Shown here one piece after another: positions 26,283-32,000 of a stretch of 32,000 nucleotides of DNA. Made by a program: the position numbers and the translations under genes. The notes under the pieces were generated by a model. The model saw nothing but the letters and a program-made list of their open reading frames with translations, had not been told where the DNA came from and made no database searches. How positions within the stretch are numbered: the first letter of the stretch is position 1; each line of letters starts with the position of its first letter. The DNA lies in contig JASBSB010000001.1 of NCBI GenBank assembly GCA_030149205.1, forward strand, positions 690,001 through 722,000. Direction: 5' to 3'. This DNA is from Candidatus Heimdallarchaeota archaeon. Lineage in GTDB: Archaea; Asgardarchaeota; Heimdallarchaeia; Heimdallarchaeales; Kariarchaeaceae.

Positions 26283-27905
26283 TCAGAACTTATTAGATTC
26301 AATCATTACCTCCCCTGCAAACTCATTGACTGCGGTGGTATAGGTTAGTCGTTGTCCCTTTGACAACCAGTCGTATCGAACAAAAGTGCCAGTGAGAGGT
26401 ACCCACCTTGGATGCTTGATCAGCTCAAGAAAGTTTTGTACATCAGCAGGGTCAGCATCTATAAGAACTGCCTCTGAAATTGAAGAGAGTTTAGAATTCC
26501 CAAAGAAAGTCACATCAATAAATTTGGAATCAGGTTCTCCTACTTCTACTCCAGAGCTTACAAACCAGTACTTAACCTCATCATCAGCTGCGATCGACCT
26601 AAGATACAGCCCATCAGATGAGAACATGACAGTATGAACGAACTCATTATGTCCTTTCAGCACCCCAAGTTCCTCCCCCTCAAGATTCCAGAGAACAACG
26701 GTATGATCAGCTCCACCGGAGGCAATCTTTTGTCCATCTGGAGAGAAGGCAACAGACAAAACAGGATCAGGTGACACATCGAGGGCAAAGAGCAGTTCCC
26801 CAATTATTGTCCAGTAACATATTGTGCCATCATGACTTCCTGATATGACAAGTTCATTGTCTGGAGAGAATGCAACAGATGAGACCAGACCTGTGTGATC
26901 CTCTAATCTGTGTAATAATGACCCTTGTGTATTCCAGAGAATTACTGTTCCGTCAACATTCCCTGTGCCAATATATCTTCCATCCAAAGAGAAGACTGCT
27001 GTGGTAACAAGATCATAGTTTTCTTCGATAGTCTGAAGGAGTTCTCCCTCAATAGACCAGAGGCAGACCTTACCATCTGCACCAGAGCTAGCGAATGTTT
27101 GGCCATCAGGAGAGAAACACACTGAGAGAACGAAGTCATTATGGCCCTTAAATTTATGGATAAGCTCCTTCTCTGGATTCCAAAGACAGATAGTAGAATC
27201 TAGACTACCCGAAACAATCATTCCTTCAGAGGTAACATCAACTGAGGTGACCTCATCTTCATGTTCTGCAAGCCAATCTAAGTGGATTCCATCAAGTGGA
27301 ATCAAAACTAGGGTACTCTCAGAGCCTCCTAGGACAATCATCTTATTATCAGGTGTGAACGCTAGGGAATTGGCATCATATCCAATGTCTAGTCGACTAT
27401 TCAATGTCCCATCGATTTTCCAGAGTCGAATGTTATAATCTCTGCTTCCAGAGGCAAGTATCTGTCCATCAGGTGAAAACACAACTGAGGTAACTGTGTC
27501 CTCATGACTCTTAAGAACATGTAATGGTATTCCTTGAGTTGACCATATGATGACATCCGAATCTTCACCTCCAGAGGCAATAACTTTACCATCAGGAGAG
27601 AAACACACTGAGACAACAGCACCAGAATGTCTCTTAAGTGTGTGTAATAGACCCTTCTCTAGCGACCAAAGCTTAATTGTTCCATCGGCTGATCCACTTA
27701 CAATGAAAAGCCCATCTGGAGAAAAGGCGACAGAGGTGATATAATCAGTATGACCCACAAAAATTTGAAGTAGAAGTCCATCTACCGATGAAATTCGTAT
27801 GGTGTTGTCAGCACAACCGTAGACTAACATCTGTCCATCAGGAGAGAAGCATACGGAGTTTACACTTCCTGTGTGTGCAGTGAAGTCATTTAAGACAATA
27901 TTCAC
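26283..27905 (-). CDS. WD40-repeat protein (11 FSPDG-type repeats) with a ~90-aa unrecognised C-terminal domain
   Basis: Eleven H..xVxSVxFSPDG..xxSGxxDxxxxLW units. The ORF is open to 27929; GTG 27905 is preferred because TTTATATA at 27938-27931 lies 25 nt upstream. Confidence 0.9.
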   Translation of the reverse strand: MNIVLNDFTAHTGSVNSVCFSPDGQMLVYGCADNTIRISSVDGLLLQIFVGHTDYITSVAFSPDGLFIVSGSADGTIKLWSLEKGLLHTLKRHSGAVVSVCFSPDGKVIASGGEDSDVIIWSTQGIPLHVLKSHEDTVTSVVFSPDGQILASGSRDYNIRLWKIDGTLNSRLDIGYDANSLAFTPDNKMIVLGGSESTLVLIPLDGIHLDWLAEHEDEVTSVDVTSEGMIVSGSLDSTICLWNPEKELIHKFKGHNDFVLSVCFSPDGQTFASSGADGKVCLWSIEGELLQTIEENYDLVTTAVFSLDGRYIGTGNVDGTVILWNTQGSLLHRLEDHTGLVSSVAFSPDNELVISGSHDGTICYWTIIGELLFALDVSPDPVLSVAFSPDGQKIASGGADHTVVLWNLEGEELGVLKGHNEFVHTVMFSSDGLYLRSIAADDEVKYWFVSSGVEVGEPDSKFIDVTFFGNSKLSSISEAVLIDADPADVQNFLELIKHPRWVPLTGTFVRYDWLSKGQRLTYTTAVNEFAGEVMIESNKF

Positions 27906-27930
27906 GTTATTATATATATGCATCAGCACT

Positions 27931-27938
27931 TATATAAA
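27931..27938 (-). promoter_or_regulatory. BRE-TATA of the WD40 gene
   Basis: GAAAAAAC-TTTATATA on the minus strand, 25 nt before GTG 27905. Confidence 0.55.
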
Positions 27939-28076
27939 GTTTTTTCACTTCATTTCTCTGCTGAAGTCCACTTTTAATTTTAGTTGTTGTTACAAAATTG
28001 AGTTGAGCTGTTACTATGAACCTGTTAGTTGAATTCTTTAATTGCCTTTTTTTAGCAGAGAGAGGTCATTTTAGGT

Positions 28077-28556
28077 TTGGTCTCAGATTCCCAATTAATC
28101 AAATTTTACTCAAAATACTTAAAAGAGCCAAAGGGTCTTACACAGTTAATTGAATGCTTATACCAGGAATGGGATGGATCTATCTATTGGGTATTTGGTT
28201 TAATTTATTCCAGTGTCATCTTTCTAATAATTAGGATTGAGTTAGGTCCCAATGCTCCCTCCTTTGGAACCAATCACCCAAAATACTGGCTGTTTGAGCT
28301 AATTTTCATCCCCAGCTTCTTTTTAATTACCGGTGTGTTGTTATACAATCATTTCCAGGGGAAATCTGACATGGAGAGAACTTATCCCTTGTTTTTAAGG
28401 TTTGTAATATTTTTGGAGCAGGTTGTGTTGGATAGCTTAATGATGGTTTTAGCTTTGCAAAGCAGTGTAAGCTATTTCTTTAGATTGGTTACCGTAATCC
28501 CCCTCTTTGTCCCACTTTATAGTTTATCCTTAGCAAGGCTGGGTGGAGGTGATTAA
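28077..28556 (+). CDS. Hypothetical multi-pass membrane protein
   Basis: About four hydrophobic segments; AGGT upstream of TTG start; no family recognised. Confidence 0.55.
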   Translation: MVSDSQLIKFYSKYLKEPKGLTQLIECLYQEWDGSIYWVFGLIYSSVIFLIIRIELGPNAPSFGTNHPKYWLFELIFIPSFFLITGVLLYNHFQGKSDMERTYPLFLRFVIFLEQVVLDSLMMVLALQSSVSYFFRLVTVIPLFVPLYSLSLARLGGGD

Positions 28557-28844
28557 AGAAAAATTAACTAAATTTCCTATTACTTCCCATTCCGTCTTGA
28601 ATGGTTTTAAATACTTAAACTCACTTTTATTCTTCATCTCCTTCCACATATTATTCAACCATTTCTCCATAAATTTATATCCAGAAATAAATTTTGATGA
28701 TGGTCTTTTTTCAAATGCCCCTAGTAAATCAACATAATTATCAACAAGATTTAGTCTATTAAGAGCAAATTCTGCATCTTCATGAAATTTTATTCCAAAT
28801 TCCGCCTCTGGTAAAGGATCTATAAATTTTCTATATCCCATCAT
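28530..28844 (-). CDS. Hypothetical protein (possibly a gene fragment)
   Basis: 104 aa with a natural-looking composition in AT-rich DNA; 27-nt convergent overlap with the membrane-protein gene; no motif recognised. Confidence 0.35.
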   Translation of the reverse strand: MMGYRKFIDPLPEAEFGIKFHEDAEFALNRLNLVDNYVDLLGAFEKRPSSKFISGYKFMEKWLNNMWKEMKNKSEFKYLKPFKTEWEVIGNLVNFSLITSTQPC

Positions 28845-29492
28845 ATAGCTTAGATACCATATAAACTCACATTTTTCACTAAAATTTTATATTGAGACCA
28901 ACTAAGGAATAATGGCTTGTCTTTTGTAAATTTTTCAAAAAAGGTAATGTTTGGTTTCTTGCACCCACATGTAGATTTAATCTTAAGCAGGTCTGACAAA
29001 AATGTTCGTTAAGGAATCCCTCTATTATGCAAAATCTGCTGATTGTACACTTTTAATAATTTTCTTTTTTCAGTCACTTAAATTTTAGATTTATCTATTA
29101 GAAGAGGAATTAATCCAACGAATCTTCAAATTTATTTTTGAAAAAAAAATTATTATCATAAATCTGAAATTCAAGTGGACTCGTAGAAAAAGCAGAGTCA
29201 AATTTCAGCTTTATTGGGTAAATTTTAGGGATATGAATGATTTAATTGAAGATTTTGATACTCTTATAGATTAGTGAAAAAACACAAAAGTTCACATCTA
29301 GATCTTATTAAGACATTAATAACGGTGTTGCAAATCCAAAGGAACTGACTGATACATCAGATTGAGATTGAATCATTTGACAGCATCAAGCGACTCAGAG
29401 TTATTTCCAAATTTCACTTCACATCCTAGTGTCCTTCAGAGTATTGGACAATAAGTGCTTTTTTTCAGTATTACCTCACAGTGATAAAAATA

Positions 29493-29500
29493 TTTATATA
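29493..29500 (+). promoter_or_regulatory. BRE-TATA of the two-gene secreted-protein operon
   Basis: GATAAAAATA-TTTATATA, 21 nt before GTG 29522. Confidence 0.6.
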
Positions 29501-29521
29501 TAATATTTGAAATTATAATTC

Positions 29522-30211
29522 GTGAAAAAAATAATTCCAATTGCTTTGATTTTCCTGTTATACCTAACTTCAGTGTCAGTTGTTGAATCTTCATCAATTG
29601 CAGGAGGTATACAATTTGCCCCTGGTGATAGGTCTACTCCGATTTCAAATTCAACCAATCATAAGATTATTTGGTATGATACGACTGAGGGACTTCATGG
29701 TAGCATCAAAGACCAAGTTCATATTGATATGAAAGTCCTAACTGAAAACGGACCTATTTGGCTAAAAGTGAGTTATCATCGGGTGAGAATTACAAATATA
29801 GGTCAAGGAGCTTCGATAACACAATCAGAACAAATTGAACTGTCATTCAGTAATGTTACACTTGGTGGATTACATCTAGACACTCAGTTTAACAATATTC
29901 TACCCTGGTTACCCACTAAAAATATAAGTTCAACAGAACCCCAAACAGTCAAGAATATTGATTATATTGCTGTTAGATTAGAAAGTCCTACTGTATTGTG
30001 GAATCAATCTGCATCAATTGGATTCAACCTAAACTTCGGTAGTCGAAACTACAGCTTTAACAAGTCTAATCCTGTGATCATAAAAAATGATTTAATGCAG
30101 GGGAAAGTCTATTCATCAACGAGTTCACAGGCTAATTTACCGATTCAAGAGATTTCAATCTTTCTTGGTCTGATTTTGACTGTTGTTATTTCAAGGAGGT
30201 TCAGAAAATGA
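29522..30211 (+). CDS. Uncharacterised secreted beta-rich protein with C-terminal TM anchor
   Basis: Signal peptide MKKIIPIALIFLLYLTSVSVVES, several N-x-S/T sequons, S/T linker, TM and RRFRK; TATA box at 29493-29500. Confidence 0.8.
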   Translation: MKKIIPIALIFLLYLTSVSVVESSSIAGGIQFAPGDRSTPISNSTNHKIIWYDTTEGLHGSIKDQVHIDMKVLTENGPIWLKVSYHRVRITNIGQGASITQSEQIELSFSNVTLGGLHLDTQFNNILPWLPTKNISSTEPQTVKNIDYIAVRLESPTVLWNQSASIGFNLNFGSRNYSFNKSNPVIIKNDLMQGKVYSSTSSQANLPIQEISIFLGLILTVVISRRFRK

Positions 30212-31056
30212 AACAAATATCAATCTTGGGGATATCTCTTTTAATACTCCTGATGATGGCTACATCAACAAATGCCCTTACAATGACACCCGAACAACTT
30301 CAGTCATTTGAATCACCATTTAATTATAAAACAACAGTTGATTTTTCACCTGCTGATGTAAAGCTAATTCCAAAGTCTAATATATTGAGCAATAACACGT
30401 TTTCCCAAACTGTTGAAAAAACCGTTTGGCAGGGCGGCCCTCAATTAATTTTAGGTTATCCCACTACTTATCTCCCAAGTTTTTCCCGCCTGCGTGAAAA
30501 CTTCTCGCTATCAGTGGATGTAACTCAATTACAAAGCTCTAAGGTTAGGTTAACATTGACATACATTGTCGACATGTTTAATATCATGAAAAGTAGCTTC
30601 TTTTCTACATCAATGGAAGACCGCCTCATGAACACAACTGTCAAATTATCATACTATAATTCGACTGAATACACTCGCTCCCTGGGGAATTCTTACTACT
30701 CAAATTCGACACATTGGTTCCCAGACTTTAGCTATTATAACATTCTTCATTCATCGAACATAATTATATTTTCCAGACTTGTGGTTTATCTATCCACAAT
30801 TGATAATTTACCATGGAACTCAACAGCTTCTCTTACTTTTAATCTACAGGGGATACATAATCCAAAACTGTATGAAATGAGTTTACAGAGGCTTCAGAGA
30901 CTAACAAACAGAAGTGTTAGCTCAATTCAGAGCCTTTCAACCACACCTACATCCAGCAAAATTCGTTTTACTCCTTTAAGTTTCTCCGCAGTCTTAAGTT
31001 CTATTGGATTTTTAGCGACCCTGATTTACCTTAAAAGATACAAAAAACATAAATGA
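30208..31056 (+). CDS. Uncharacterised secreted protein with C-terminal TM anchor, paralog of the upstream gene
   Basis: ATGA overlap with the upstream stop; signal peptide MKQISILGISLLILLMMATSTNA; WNSTASLTFNL motif; tail TPLSF-TM-KRYKKHK. Confidence 0.8.
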   Translation: MKQISILGISLLILLMMATSTNALTMTPEQLQSFESPFNYKTTVDFSPADVKLIPKSNILSNNTFSQTVEKTVWQGGPQLILGYPTTYLPSFSRLRENFSLSVDVTQLQSSKVRLTLTYIVDMFNIMKSSFFSTSMEDRLMNTTVKLSYYNSTEYTRSLGNSYYSNSTHWFPDFSYYNILHSSNIIIFSRLVVYLSTIDNLPWNSTASLTFNLQGIHNPKLYEMSLQRLQRLTNRSVSSIQSLSTTPTSSKIRFTPLSFSAVLSSIGFLATLIYLKRYKKHK

Positions 31057-31276
31057 CAAACGTAAACATTCAACCAGTCATCAGTCTTGTTTGAGACAAC
31101 ATCAAATCATGAATTTTTAATTCATCCTGTGTCGTCTGAACTGATAATAATATTAAAGTAATAGGAAATTTTGAACCTGTTGAAACTTTGCGTAATTTAA
31201 AGGCAAATATTAGTTTGAAGAACGGTTTTTTCTCCCTAGACAGTACTTCGAAAATTTTCTAACAAAATACTATCGA

Positions 31277-31495
31277 TTACTTTTTCTTTTTTGGCACCTT
31301 TTTGAGTGTTTTAGGCCTGCTGATTTTTACAACAACTACAACCAACAAGAGGAGGAACACCGCTACAGCATATGAGCTTGGAAAAAGTTCTCAAAACACA
31401 TTTAAGAATTACATACCATTTTAGAGTTTTATACTCCTCTCTTGCGATCCTGAGACACTGTTTTGACTATCAGGAGAAATGACTACGGAATTGAC
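31277..31495 (-). pseudogene. Decayed in-frame continuation of the WD40 gene, ending in a TM-basic tail
   Basis: After TGA 31498-31496 the same frame reads VNSVVISPDSQNSVSGSQERSIKL*NGM*FLNVF*ELFPSSYAVAVFLLLLVVVVVKISRPKTLKKVPKKKK*. Confidence 0.7.
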
Positions 31496-31999
31496 TCAGA
31501 CCATTTTATCATCAAGAATCTCCCCATTCTCAGACCAAAGTCGAACCGTCTCGTCAGTACCTCCAGACGCAAGCATCTTCCCATTAGGTGAGAAAGCAAC
31601 AGACCAAACAGAGTCCTTGTGACCCTTGAGCACCCCTAGTGCTTCACCATCCTTTGACCACAGCCGAATCGATTCATCAGTACTCCCAGAGACAACAGTC
31701 TGTCCATCAGGGGAGAAAGCGACGGAATTGACAAATAATGTGTGACCCTTGAGCACATGCAGCAAGTCCCCATCAAATGACCAGAGACAAACTGACCTGT
31801 CATTGCCACCAGAGGCAATCATTTGACCATCAGGAGAGAAAGCGACAGAGTTGACACAATCGATATGGCTTTCGAGCATCCGTAGAAGGATCCCATTCAC
31901 TGACCAAAGTCGAACCGACCCACCAAAATCACCAGACACTATGCTCTGACCATCAGGGGAAAAAGCAACTGATTTAACTGGGAATGTAAAACCACCGAG
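31496..31999 (-). CDS. WD40-repeat protein, 3' part (5' end outside window), prematurely terminated
   Basis: Frame is open to the window edge (LGGFTFPVKSVAFSPDGQSIVSGDFG...); four intact FSPDG/FSPNG repeats with a 41-aa period. Confidence 0.9.
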   Translation of the reverse strand, partial: LGGFTFPVKSVAFSPDGQSIVSGDFGGSVRLWSVNGILLRMLESHIDCVNSVAFSPDGQMIASGGNDRSVCLWSFDGDLLHVLKGHTLFVNSVAFSPDGQTVVSGSTDESIRLWSKDGEALGVLKGHKDSVWSVAFSPNGKMLASGGTDETVRLWSENGEILDDKMV

Positions 32000-32000
32000 C

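Noticed and set aside
438-27744. Antisense and alternate-frame ORFs in the track (e.g. 438-641, 5344-5889, 6177-6503, 9920-10231, 13063-13500, 19860-20402, 26386-26637, 27247-27744)
   Set aside because: Shadows of well-supported genes with no independent motifs or start signals.
28530-28980. Decayed DUF1016/YhcG-like gene (LSWSQYKILV upstream of the 104-aa ORF)
   Set aside because: Resemblance is limited to one short motif in a different frame; needs tBLASTn/HMM support.

Overview
Archaeal genomic DNA, most likely Asgard (Heimdallarchaeia-like; this is an inference from gene content, not a database result). The left half (1-16.1 kb) is largely core genes: DegV (partial), pelota, two small DNA-binding proteins with a MinD/ParA ATPase, aIF-2beta, Cdc48, an FNR-type reductase, a Trm112-like fusion, DUF424-NMD3-RIO1, a divergent type II GAPDH-like protein, an ArsR-type regulator, class II HMG-CoA reductase and UvrB. 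The right half (16.4-32 kb) is a compositionally mosaic accessory region. It holds five secreted proteins with C-terminal membrane anchors (including two SBBP/FN3 paralogs and a pair of uncharacterised paralogs), YjjX, two FSPDG-type WD40 genes (one with a decayed in-frame tail), and a ~2.1 kb non-coding block with a 21-bp-phased GTATAG array, inverted copies of it, a 16-bp palindrome and ~1 kb of ~15% GC DNA. No rRNA, tRNA, CRISPR array, integrase or transposase was recognised.
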